From the NCBI RefSeq assembly GCF_030684315.1, contig NC_081397.1, positions 14,160,421 through 14,224,420 of the forward strand: a DNA stretch of 64,000 bases, in the 5' to 3' direction. Shown piece after piece: positions 51,605-64,000 of this stretch (its first letter is position 1; each line of letters opens with the position of its first letter). The notes under the pieces were generated by a model. The model did not search any database, was not told where the DNA came from, and was given only the letters and a program-made list of their open reading frames with translations. This DNA comes from Stegostoma tigrinum (lineage: Eukaryota). The position numbers and the translations under genes were made by a program.

Positions 51605-52650
51605 TGAGGCAGAGAGTAGTAGTAGAAGGGAGTTTCTCAAATTGGAGACCTGTGACCGGTCGTGTTCCACAGGGATCTGTGCTGGGACCACTGTTGTTTG
51701 TGATATACGTAAATGATCTGGAGGAAGGTGTGGGTGGTCTGTTCAGCAAGTTTGCAGATGACATCAAGATTGGTGGAGTAGCAGATAGTGAAGGGGACTG
51801 TCAGAGATGACAGCAGAATATAAATAGACTGGAGAGTTGGGCAGATGGAGTTCAATCCGTGCAAATGCGAGGTGATGCATTTTGGAAGATTTAATTCAAG
51901 GACGTACTATACAGTAAATGGAAGAGTCCTAGGGAAAATTGATGAACAGAGAGGTCTGGGTGTTCAGATCCTTTGTTCCCTGAAGGTGGCAACGCAGGTC
52001 AATAGTGTGGTCAAGAAGGGATATGGCATGCTTTCCTTCATCGGACGGGGTATTGAGTACAAGAGTTGGCAGGTCATGTTACAGTTGTATAAGACTTTAG
52101 TTCGGCCACATTTAGAATACTGTGTACAGTTCTGGTCGCCACATCACCAACAGGATGTGGACTGTTTGGAGAGGGTGCAGGGGAGGTTTACCAGGATGTT
52201 GCCTGGTATGGAGGGTGCTGGCTATGAAGAGAGGTTGAGTAGATTAGGATTATTTTCATTAGTAAGATGGAGAGTGAGGTGGGGATCTGATTGAGGTCTA
52301 CAAAATCATGAGGGATATAGACAGGGTGGATAGCAAGAAGCTTTTTCCCAGAGTGGGGGACTCAATTACTAGGGTCATGAGTTCACAGTGAGAGGATGAA
52401 AGGTTAAGGGAGATATGCGTGGAAAGTTCTTTACACAGAGGGTGGTGGGTGCCTCGAATGCGTTGCCAGTGGAGGTAGTAGACGCAGACACATTAGCATC
52501 TTTTAAGATATATTTGGACAGGTATCTGGATGGGCAGGGAGCAAAGGGACACAGACCCTTAGAAAATAGATGACAGGTTAGACAGAGGATCTCGATCGGC
52601 ACAGGCTTGGAGGGCGGAAGGCATTTTCCTCTGCTGTAATTTTCTTTCTT
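51605..52650 (+). mobile_element. CR1 LINE fragment (mirror of 7160-8203)
   Basis: '[24 protein letters not shown]', 'LVRPHLEYCVQFWSP'. Confidence 0.92.
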
Positions 52651-55600
52651 CTCTTTATTCTTTGTATATCGATAACTACACTCTTGTCTTCACGTATCAG
52701 AAAACGACAGGGACAATGACAATTATGCACACATTCAGAATGCAAAATAACTGACAGGTACAGATTGATAAATATATGCACACATTATAAAAATGTAGAG
52801 ATTGTGATCTATATTTGCACATTCACAGAAATTTGCCGGTTTTTTTGCAATGCACTCCCAAATTCATGACGCAGGAATGGATGGGTATTGATTGACAACT
52901 AAACTCACATATGACACAGCAGAAACTGAGAGGGACAGTTTGATAATTACAATCACATCTTCACGTGGCAGCTACTGACAAGTACAGATCAATAACTACA
53001 CCCAGTTCTTCACAAAACCAAAGTTAACAGGTACAGATTAATAACTAAATTCCTGTCTTGATGATACAGAAGCTGCTAGGTACAGACTTATAAAAATGCT
53101 CACACATTCCCCAAGAAGAAACTGACAGGAATATATTGAAAACAGAACCTCAGTTTCTGCTCCATGAATGTATCAGGGATAGACTGACAATTACACAAAC
53201 ACATTTGAATATTCGGATTTCAGATACTGACAGGGACAGATTGACAACTTCATTCATTCACACACACGCACGCGCGCACACACACACACACCCCTGAAAC
53301 GGGCAAAGTATGATAAATGTATTCACACCTCCACAACTTTCTGAAGAAGGGCCCATCAGCTTTCCTGTTCCCCTGATGCTCCTTAGCATGCTGTGTTCAT
53401 CCAGCTCTGTGCCTTGTTATAACAGATTTATAACTACACTGTCAGATACACACAGGAGAAACTGAAAGTTACAGATTGGTAAATATGCTCATGCTAGCAC
53501 GTAGCAGAAACTGACACAAAAGAAACAGATCCTGTAAACCATCATCAGTTGGGTGTGAAACCATTTAACTGATCAATTCAACATCTAGCTAATAAACATT
53601 CAGATACTTAAATTATCACCAGGAATTCGAACAGAACTGTGGGTCTGATTGCACTCTAGCCCTGAGCTGCACTACATTTGATCAATTTTAAAAACTTCAA
53701 CTCTAATTGAGTGATGCACAGAAAGTAACCAACACCCGTACAGCTCCATGACTGGAACTACCTAATGCAAGCTTGTCTGTGCATATGTGTTTAGTTACTG
53801 ATCCATTCATGTCAGTTGCTACCTGTTGAATGTGTGAGTGTAGTTATCAATGTGTCCCTCTAAATCTTTGGCAAATTACTTCTGTATTACACAGCAGAGA
53901 CTGACAGGGAAACATTGGTCTAGACCAATCAATCATTGTAAAAATGGTACAGAACAGAAGGAGGTCATTTGGTGCATCATGTCCATGCTGACCCAAACAC
54001 CCCCAGATGGCCATCACAATCACATCTTCCTGCACACATCCCATAGCCCTGCAGGTTTCATTCTATTATCCTTCAGAACTTGGTCCATATGTGACAGACC
54101 ATCAAAAGAGGAGAGCCAGATTATTTTGTGAAGAATTTGGAAACTAAAATTTAACACTGAGGACCATTGGGTGAGTACCCAGGTTTTAGATAATGAGATT
54201 TTTTTTTGAAAAGAACCGTTGTTATGGAACAAGATGGACAGCCACACTCCATTGATCCTTCAATCTTCCTGCATTCGAAAACTGAGCATTTTAAATGTTT
54301 CATGTAAAGTGGAGAGCCAGTTACCATTTAAATTATTATTTTTTTAAATAAATGTCCATGATTATAAAATCTTCTAGCGTACAACAGAACAAAAAAAATC
54401 TAGTTCCACAAGATGAAGAATTTGAGAACAATCCTGCGATAAAGGTGGAGATGGTAGTTCCCCTGCCACCGTGATACATTTATGGAAATTGAATGCTGGC
54501 TGAATGGATGTAATTATTGGCTGGTTGTTTCTAATCATTGCTGGCTTGGAGAGACAGGACTGTTTGCTGTGCTGTCATTGTCTATGACTAGATATGTGTG
54601 AGTGATAATCATTTTGAACAGATCAGGTTTCTGTTGCTGGAGTTTAAATGGATCTCCATAGCTGTTAGTCCTTGGATCACATCTTTAGTTATGATGTCTG
54701 TATTTTGAACTAGTTCTGAGTCAGTCAGTACCTGTATCTGTCAGTCCATCCACGTGGAAACAAAGCAGAGTAATATTACAGGTCCCGTCGCACTTCCTCA
54801 GAACAGAGGTTCAACTTCAGAACATTCATTTCCACACTCATATGCTGATAGACTTGCTGAGATTTTGCAGCAATTTCTAATTTTGTTTCTGATTTCCAGC
54901 ATCTGCAGTTCCTTGGTTTTTCTCATTTGTCAGGCATGTGTGTTTGAAGTTGTCATGATTTGATAAATGTATGCACGCATTATAAAAATGTAGAGATTGA
55001 GATGAATGAAATGACATGAATGGATCAGTAACTAAACTCATATGCACAGACAAGCTTGCATTAGGTAGTTCCAGTCATGGAGCTGTATGGGGGTTGGTTA
55101 CTTTCTGCGCATCACTCAATTAGAGTTGAATTTTTCAAAATTGATCAAATGTAGTGCAGCTCAGGGCAAGAGTGCAATCAGACCCACAGTTCTGTTAGAA
55201 TTCCTGGTGATAATTTAAATATCTGAATGTTTATTAGCGAAATGTTGAATTGATCAGTTTAATGTTTTCAAACCCATCTGATGACGGTTTACAGGAGCTA
55301 TCTGTTTTTTCCTTCCTGCAGACAAACGCTTGAAGGAACAAGGCAATGTATCATTTCTTCAGTACAAAGCCAATTGTGACCAGCTCATCCTAACAAACAG
55401 CAGGTATGTTCTCACTGTCACAGCAGAGAACGTCCTTTCCACAGTCACGGAGCAAATTGAGTCAGACACACGTTGAACTTTAATTTCCAGTCAGACACGT
55501 TCAAACCGACAATAAAACAACACGGAGGAATGCCACTTTATTTTGCTTCTCTCTCCATTCAAAATACCCAGTTCAAACAGATTTCACCTAACATAACCCA

Positions 55601-56499
55601 TTGACATTTACACCATTTTTGAAGATGGGTAGACTGAATCCTTATCCAAAGTATACCCTCAGGACTTGGAGGAAATCTGCATAGAATTACTCTGATATCA
55701 ACTCCACATAATGAATCACGCTTCCACGGATAATATTTTTGGCTGCCTGAAACCTAATCCACTTTAAGGAGTAGAAAGTGACCAGTACGCATGGATACCT
55801 AACCTCACACATTCATATTGTCGGGTCAGACGAAAAAAATGGTATTTGACCATATTGATACTTCAGAAACTGCAAGTAAAAGGTTGATTAAAAATGTTCA
55901 CATAGTCACATAATAGAAACTATCATGCACGTATTCATTGATGTACTCGCATTCACAGAGACTGAAACTGGCAGGAATATATTGATGATAACACTCCCAA
56001 TTTCACAGAGCATAAAGTGACAGCTACAAACCTAGAACTGCAATCACAAATCCACAGACAGACAGGCACGGATTGCTGACTGTACTCAAATATTCAGAGT
56101 AGGTTCTCACAGGTACATCTTGGTAACTGGACTCTCAAATTGACAGAGAAGCAAATGATAGGTGCATATTGCTTTCATGCACATATCCAAATGGACGAAC
56201 TTGACAGGAACAGATTGATAACAACCTTGGACATAGCAAGAACTGCAGATGCTGGAATCAGCCTTCCCAGTTACACACAGCATAAACTGACTGACATGTA
56301 CAGTTTGATAATTACTCTCATTCACAGAGCGGAATCTGAAACGTCCTTATTGATAACTGTACTCACATGGCCACCAAGCGGAAACTGACAGAGTTTGATC
56401 ACAGTGACAGTCAAATTGCGGAAATTGACAGATACATGTTGATAATCACTTTCACACTTGCCTTGCAGGAAATGTCAGGGTCAGTTCATTAAATACGAT

Positions 56500-57050
56500 G
56501 CTGTTGACTTGCTCACTGAGCTTGTAAGTTTGTTCACAGACATTTCATCGCCACACTACACATCATCAGTGCACCGTGAATGAAACGTTGGTATTCTGTC
56601 CTTCTTGCTATTTATGTGCCTCACTTTGCTGGGGTGGTGAGCAACACTTCCAGATTGGTTTCTTAGTGGTTGGTGTGTGGTGTCCAGCTGGACATGTTTG
56701 TTAATGGAGTTCTAGTTTGAATTCTTGTGCATGTCTTTGTTTGGGATGTCCTCTGATGGCTACGTTGTCCCAGTCAAATTGCTGTCCCTCTTTATCCACG
56801 TGCATTAAGGTGAGTGATAGTGGGTCATGACTTTTGGCAGCGAGTTGATGCCCATGAATCCTGATGGCGGGTTTTCTCCCGGTTTGCCTTAGGGAAGGTA
56901 TTTGGCAGTATTTGCATGGTAGCTTGTAAATCGCATTGTTTCTGCTAATTGTGAATGTTGGATCCTTCATTCTCAACAGCGGCTGTCAGTTCGTGGGCTA
57001 TCATGATTCTTACGTGGTAGTGTAACCTGGTGGTTATTTCACACCCTCAG
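56500..57050 (-). mobile_element. Penelope GIY-YIG fragment (mirror of 2030-2580)
   Basis: ORF 56701-56976 mirrors 2103-2378. Confidence 0.75.
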
Positions 57051-57219
57051 TGCATAGTCTGGTGACTACTATCACTGGATGTGTTGCGTCTTCCTGTTGT
57101 CATCAGTTGTGTGGCATCTGCGAACAATGCATTTTGGGTAACTATCATTTCTAAAGACACTATCAGTGTTCTTCCTTGGCTTTGTGAAACTCCGCGATGC
57201 TGCAGTGTGTTGTGGCTCA

Positions 57220-58270
57220 CTTGAACAGGGAAAGCTAGCTCATTGGATTCAAAATTGGCTTGATGGTACAAAGCAGAGGGTGACAGTTGAAGATTGTTTC
57301 TCGGACTGGAGGCCTGTGACTTGTGGTGTGCCACAGGGATTGGTGCTGGGACCTTTGTTATTTGTTATTGACATAAATGATCTGGATGTGAATGTGCAAA
57401 GCATGATTAGTAAGTTTACAGATGATGCAATGTTAGGCGGTATCGTTCATAGTGGGGAAGGTTATCGAAAATTACAGAGGGATCTTAATCAGATGGGGAA
57501 GTGGGCTAAGGATTGGAAAGTGCAATTCAATGGAGATAAGTGTGAGGTGTTGTACTTTGGAATGTCAAACTACAGTAAGCCTTTTACAGCAAATGGTAAC
57601 GTCCTGAGTAGTGATGTGGTACAGAGGGACCAAGGAGTACAGGTACGTAGTATGTTTAAAGCAGTGTCACAGGTGGATAGGGTGCTGAAGAAGGAATTCA
57701 GCGTGCTGGCCTTCATTGATCGAGGCATTTTGAATAGACATGGAGTATTGTGTACAGTTTTGGTCACCCTGTTGTAAAAAAGACCGAGTTCAACTAGAAA
57801 GCGTTCAAAGAAAATTTATGCAGGACTAGTGGTCCTGAGTTATGGTGAGATGTTGGCCAGGGTAGGACTTTATTTCTTGGACCGTAGGAGAATGAAGTGT
57901 GACCTTATTCAGATGTATAAAATCATGAGCACCATAGGTCGGATAAATGCATATCGTGTTTGTTTTTTTTCCCCCACAGATGAGGAATTGAAAACTAGAG
58001 GGCATAGGTTTCAGGTGAGACGGGGCAAGAATTTAAGAAGGACCTGAGGGGTGCCAACTTCACAGAGAGAGTGGAGCACATGTGGAATCAGCTGCCAGAG
58101 AAAGTTGTTGAGGCAGGCACAATATCAACACTTTTAAAAAAAACATTTGAAGAGGTACATGGAAGGGAAGGATTTAGAGGGATATAATGTGGGCAATTGG
58201 ATCCAGCTGAGTGGGCACCACGGTCATCATGAACCAGTTTGGGTGGAAGGGCCTGTGTCCAAACTGTATT
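57220..58270 (+). mobile_element. CR1 LINE RT fragment (mirror of 820-1860)
   Basis: '[27 protein letters not shown]'. Confidence 0.88.
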
Positions 58271-58279
58271 ACTATATGA

Positions 58280-60012
58280 CCATAAGACATAGGAGCCGAA
58301 ATCAGGCTATTTGGCCCATCAAGTCTGCTCCGCCATTCAATCATGGCTGAGACGTTCCTTAAGCCAATTCTCCTGCCTTCTCCCCATAACCTTGATCCCC
58401 TTGATAATCAAAAACCTATCTATCTCACCCTTAAATGTACACAATAACCCGGCCTCCACAGCCTTCTGTGGCAGTGAATTCCATAGATTCACCGCTGTCT
58501 GGCTGAAGAAGTTTCTCCTTATCTCTGTTCGAAAAGGTCTTCCCTTTACTTGAAGGCTGTGCCCTTGGGTCCTAGTCTCTCCGACCAATGGAAGGATCTT
58601 CCCAACATCCACTCTGTCCAGGCATTCAGTAGTCTAAGTTTTGATTATCATCCTTCTAAACTCCAAAGAGTACAGTCCCAGAATCCTCAAACATTGCTCA
58701 TATGTTCAGCTTTTCATTCCTGGGACCATTCTCGTGAACCTCCTCTGAACCTGCTCCAGGGGCAGTACATCCTTCCTGAGATATGGGGCCCAAAACTGCA
58801 CATGCTACTTCAAATGTGGCCTGACTCGAGTCTTCTAAAGCCTCATAAGCACATCCTTTTTTTTAAACATCTTCAAGACCATAAGTCATAGGAGTGGAAG
58901 TAAGGCCATTCGGCCCATCAAGCCCATTCCACCATTTAAATCACAGCTGGGCATTTCAACTCCACTTCCCTGCACTCTCCCTGTAGCCCTTGATTCCTTG
59001 TGAGATCAAGAATTTGTCAATTTCTGCCTTGAATTCCTGGCAAAATAAATGCCAGTATTGCAGTTGCCTTCCTGACTACTGACTCAAACTGTGAGTTTAC
59101 CGTGAGAGATTCCTGGAGTTGAACTCCCAAGTCTCTTTGCACGCAAGACTTCTGAATTTTCTGCCCATTTAGAAAAGAGTCTATGCTTTTATTCTGGAGG
59201 GAGGATGGTAACTTCTTCAGGTCAGGCATCCCTGGAAGACGCTTTGCAGTGAAGTTAAAATTGTATCAGAGATAATGGTGACTGCAGATGCTGGAGAATC
59301 CAGACAAACCTCAGGGGATCTCTACACCACTGCAACTCTAGATTCCCCTCCACCTACCTCCTCCTCTACCCATCTTTGATCCACCTCCCAGTCTGTCCCT
59401 ATTTATTTCAGAGCCCTCTTCCCCATCCCACTTTTCTGATCAAGGGTTTGAGCCCGAAACGTCAGCTTTTGTGCTCCTGAGATGCTGTTTGGCCTGCTGT
59501 GTTCATCCAGCTCCACACTTTTTTTTAAATCTCGGATGCTCCAGCATCTGCAGTTATCATTATCTCTCATGCTTTTATTCTCCTTAGCCAAGTGCATGAC
59601 ATCACACTTTCCCACATTGTTCTCCATCTTCCAATTCTTTGCCCACTCTGCTAACCTGTCCAATTCATACTGCAGCCTCAGCACCTTAATACTACCTGTC
59701 ACTCTACCTATTGTTGTATCATCTGCAAACGTAGTCAGAATGCAAACAGTTCCTTCATCCAGATCATTAATGTATAAAGCATGCCTTTTATCCCCACTCT
59801 CTGCTTTCTGCTAGGCAGCCAATCTTCTATCCATGCTAGCACCATGGGCCTTTATGTTACTCAACAGCCTCTTATGCAGCAGCTTGCCAAAGGGCTTTTT
59901 GAAGCCCAGGTAGATAACATCCATTGGGTCTCCTTGGTCTACCCTGCTTGTTACTTCCTTAAAGAATTTAAGCAGATTTGCCAGGCATGACTTCCCCTTG
60001 ATGAAACCGTGC
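58280..60012 (-). mobile_element. CR1 LINE(s), interrupted by a short CR1 tail and a Penelope mini-element
   Basis: 'HGFIKGKSCLANLLKFFKEVT..DVIYLGFKK', 'LQYELDRLAEWAKNWKME.NVGKC', 'RNFFSQ.AVNLWNSLP'. Confidence 0.85.
59196..59568. mobile_element. Family-A Penelope pLTR fold-back insert with 13-bp TSD
   Basis: atgcttttattct at 59183-59195 and 59569-59581; hammerhead remnant at 59436-59463. Confidence 0.8.
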
Positions 60013-60779
60013 CTGGAGTGTTGGAGGCTGTGTTTATAAAATTTAATGGTGTGGAAAGGGTGCATAATCAAGATCTTTTCCCCAGGATAGAAGAATGCAA
60101 AACGAGAGGGCATGGGTTTAAATGAGTGGGAAAGACGTAAAATGAACCAAAGGTGTGCAATGTTTGCACACAGAGTGGTGTGTGAATGGGTTGAATGCCA
60201 AAAGATGTGCTGGAGGCTCTTACAACTACAACGTTTAAAAGGCACCTGGATGAGTATCTGAATAGGAAGTGTTTCGTGGGATATGGACCAAATGCTAGTA
60301 AATGGAACTAGAGAAATCTCGGATATCTGCTGTCCATGGACGAGGTGGACCCTGTACGTCTCTCGGACTGTATGACGGGGACTGATTTATGAGAGAATAA
60401 TCATCATTCATACTGCCTAAACAGACAGGGACAGATCGAGAACTGCACTCCCATTTCCATAATGCAGAGACTGACAGATATTCGGCAAAGTGTCCCTCAA
60501 TAAACCCGAATGTCTGAACAATACAATCCTGCCCACAGCCTAATAAGGAAATCTCAGCTAGTGATGAAACAAGATAACATTTCACTCACAAAAGATTACT
60601 ATGAGCAGAATAAAACACCCTGTCACAATTAAAATCTCGGAGGTAGTGTTCAAAATGTTAGTGGATGACAGGAACAAGTTCAACTGCAAGGGAGCTAGGA
60701 ATTTGGTCCGTGTACAAAATTTCGGTTTGTGTTTCACATTTCGTTGAAGATCCGAACAGATCCACTTTGTGTTTCACAC

Positions 60780-60897
60780 TAACCAATCACAGAAAGGCTA
60801 ATCACATGGTCTGACGTTCTTGTAAACTACCCAATCAGGAACAAGACTTTTCCCCCATCCCTTATTAGCATTGCTGACGCCAGCAGCCTATAAAAAG
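60780..60897 (+). promoter_or_regulatory. H2B promoter: CCAAT x2, CRE half-site, octamer variant, TATA
   Basis: ccaat 60783 and 60831; tgacgt 60812; CTTATTAGCAT 60861-60871; TATAAAA 60889. Confidence 0.8.
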
Positions 60898-60946
60898 CGA
60901 GCTCCGAGCCTGCTTCCGTTTATTGTATCTGAAAGTGACCGTCACG

Positions 60947-61327
60947 ATGCCGGATGAGAAGAAAGCGCAGGCAACTTCGAAGAAGGGCGCCAAAAAAATC
61001 ATCAAGAAGGCGCCGGGGAAAGGCGGCAAGACAAAGAAACGATCCAGGAAAGAAAGTTACGCCATCTACATCTATAAAGTGATGAAGCAGGTTCACCCCG
61101 ACACCGGCATCTCCTCCAAGGCCATGAACATCATGAACTCGTTCGTCAACGACATTTTCGAGCGTATCGCGGGGGAGGCTTCCCGCCTGGCCCATTACAA
61201 CAAGCGCAGCACCATCAGCTCCCGGGAGATCCAGACCGCGGTGCGGCTGCTGCTGCCCGGGGAGCTGGCCAAGCACGCCGTGTCGGAGGGTACAAAGGCG
61301 GTGACCAAGTACACCAGCTCCAAGTGA
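60947..61327 (+). CDS. H2B: Histone H2B, 126 aa
   Basis: MPDEKK...[27 protein letters not shown]...AVTKYTSSK; ATG at 60947. Confidence 0.98.
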   Translation: MPDEKKAQATSKKGAKKIIKKAPGKGGKTKKRSRKESYAIYIYKVMKQVHPDTGISSKAMNIMNSFVNDIFERIAGEASRLAHYNKRSTISSREIQTAVRLLLPGELAKHAVSEGTKAVTKYTSSK

Positions 61328-61368
61328 GACTCCACATTGTGCTGAGAAAAACACATCCAAAACCCAAC

Positions 61369-61384
61369 GGCTCTTTTCAGAGCC
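61369..61384 (+). terminator. Histone stem-loop (H2B)
   Basis: GGCTCTTTTCAGAGCC followed by ACCCA. Confidence 0.93.
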
Positions 61385-62978
61385 ACCCACAATTTCAATG
61401 AAGCAGTTGAACCATTTTTCGTTTGTAAATGATTCTCTGTCTATAATTAATGTCTCTAATCTTTATCTTTGTTTACACAAACGTTCTAAACATTACCGTG
61501 CGGTCCCTGTCCCTCTGTCGGTTACTTTCGGTTGCCTTCCTACCCAGTCTCCTCCCTCCCTGCACAGAAAACACATTCATCGTCACTCAGTCATTTTTTT
61601 TTTCAACAACTCCTACGTGTTCCAGTTATTATTTACTCCTTGATCAGGAATTTCACCCCCTGGAAAGAAAACTAACTGCTCGAGTCCCACGAACAGATGT
61701 TGGGGGATACTTGTCATTGAGGATTTCAGCTGTCGGTGAGAGGCTTTCAAAATGAGCTGAGATAAAGCCAGAGCCAGGATTGCAGTCGCAAGTGTGAAAC
61801 TGTGTTCAAGGACAATATGGGAGGGCAACTTCAAACTATTGTTTCAAGTTTTAACCCGCTCACCCCGAAAAACTTTGTGTAAGTTTTTATAAATACATCA
61901 ACGTGCACTTGTAATGTGAAATTGAATTAAATTCAAAGAAAAATTAAACTGTTTATTCCTCTTTGTGAAACTTTTCCCCCTATATCCTACATGTTGGATT
62001 TTTTTTTTCAAATTTGTCCCAATAGGGTATGAACGCTGGATTTCACCCGTGGCAATGAAAAATTATGATCTCTTATTTGAGTCCCATTAAGAGAAATGCC
62101 GTGCGATTCCTTTTTCAATTTCCAAATCTGTCAGGGAATTTATCCGATTTTTTTTTCAGTTTGCAGTGTGTGGGGCTTTCTGCTGTCGGTGAGAGGCTTT
62201 CAAAATGAACCGAGACCGTCCGGAAAGACTGATCCAGCACAATAAGTGAGGGCTATTTTACAATGTTTTCTGAAAACGATGTTGCTTAGGGAGTGACAGA
62301 GCGAGATTATGTGAAGTGAACATTTTTAACTGAAAGGAAATTAAATCGTAAGCATTAACGCAAAAATCCTTGTAAAACCTCTTCCTCGTATTGCCCATAT
62401 TGGCGGGCTTTTCAAATCGGACAGAAAACGGTTGATGATTTGGCGCCGGTATTTTCCTACGGTTTCCACGCAGAGGAATTTTGTTTCATTTTTAAAATCT
62501 CCCCGCGGGTTCTACCTGGTTTGCAGAAAGCTATAAATGAGGCTTTCTGCTGTCGGCGGGAAAATTTGCAAGTGAACCGAGATGAAAGCAGAACAGCTGC
62601 CGGACTGGCATCGCAAAAGTAGAAATATTGTTGATCTTGTGCAATAGGGAGCGCGAGTGTAAAATATTGTTTAAAGCAGTAATGCGCTCAAAGGGAAAGA
62701 AACAGCTGTGTGATACTTTTATCATTATATCCGGGTGCTGATGTGAAATAAATTCAATCTGTGCAGAGAATAACTTTCGGCGGTCTTTCCTTTCCCCCTT
62801 CCGCTTATTCTTCAGTTTTTGCGGGGAAAAAGGACTTCACGATCAAAAATAGTTGGTTTCAACTCGGCCGGGGAATCAGAGAGAGATTGTGTGGCGTATA
62901 CAGGTGTATTCTAAAAGTAAATTATCTGGAATATGAACGCATTCTTCTTTGTAAAACTTCTTCCCGTTTTGAAACTAG

Positions 62979-63622
<644 letters not shown>

Positions 63623-63652
63623 AGAGACCGTTCTGTAACCTGACAACCCAAA

Positions 63653-63692
63653 GGCTCTTTTAAGAGCCACCCACAACATCAGTGAAAAGCAG
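63653..63692 (+). terminator. Histone stem-loop plus downstream element (H2A)
   Basis: GGCTCTTTTAAGAGCC at 63653-63668; 'gaaaagcagc' downstream. Confidence 0.92.
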
Positions 63693-64000
63693 CTAGACTG
63701 TCACTGCTGGTTGGTTATTTTTCCTTTTCAGTGAAGTCTAAGGACTGTGTAAATGAAATTGCGATAATTAAGCTTTTGTTTTAATTTTAGGTTTTTTAAA
63801 AAAATGAACCAATATAAAAATCTGAGAAAAAAACAATCTCTGGAAAAGCTTCACCAGTCTGGCAAAATTTGTGGAAGTGAAAACAGTTCACGTTTAGGGT
63901 CCGCTCACCGTCACTGAGGGCCTTATCTGGTCAAGATAAAACAAGAACAGCTGTAGCCCTGGAATAGTAAACGTGGAGTTTTAGCTGTAAGGGACTGCGG

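Larger units (their letters stand above)
39015..59066 (-). repeat. Right arm of the large inverted segmental duplication
   Basis: Reverse-complement colinearity with 1-19500, except the Penelope replacement at 42440-43836 and the flipped core at 53815-54960. Confidence 0.95.

Overview
Eukaryotic vertebrate DNA, most likely a shark. This is inferred from the CR1/HER1-type LINEs, a V-SINE/HE1-like fragment, Rex1 and Penelope repeats. The window is part of a replication-dependent histone cluster with six intact intronless genes: H1 x2, H3.2, H2A x2 and H2B, with no H4. Each gene has a 16-nt 3' stem-loop. The dominant structure is a large inverted duplication: about 1-19500 mirrors about 39015-59066, each arm ends in an H1 gene, and a ~19.5-kb spacer carries H3 and one H2A. 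Inside the arms, a ~1.1-kb core flanked by ~290-bp inverted repeats has flipped between the two copies. Penelope-like elements (GIY-YIG) are abundant, mostly as fold-back palindromes with minimal hammerhead-ribozyme motifs and 13-15 bp target-site duplications (TSDs). An unexplained layer consists of a CpG/NRF1 promoter-like block, eight copies of a ~82-nt exon-like module and a degenerate 49-bp satellite. Repeat boundaries and similarities were judged by eye and are approximate.
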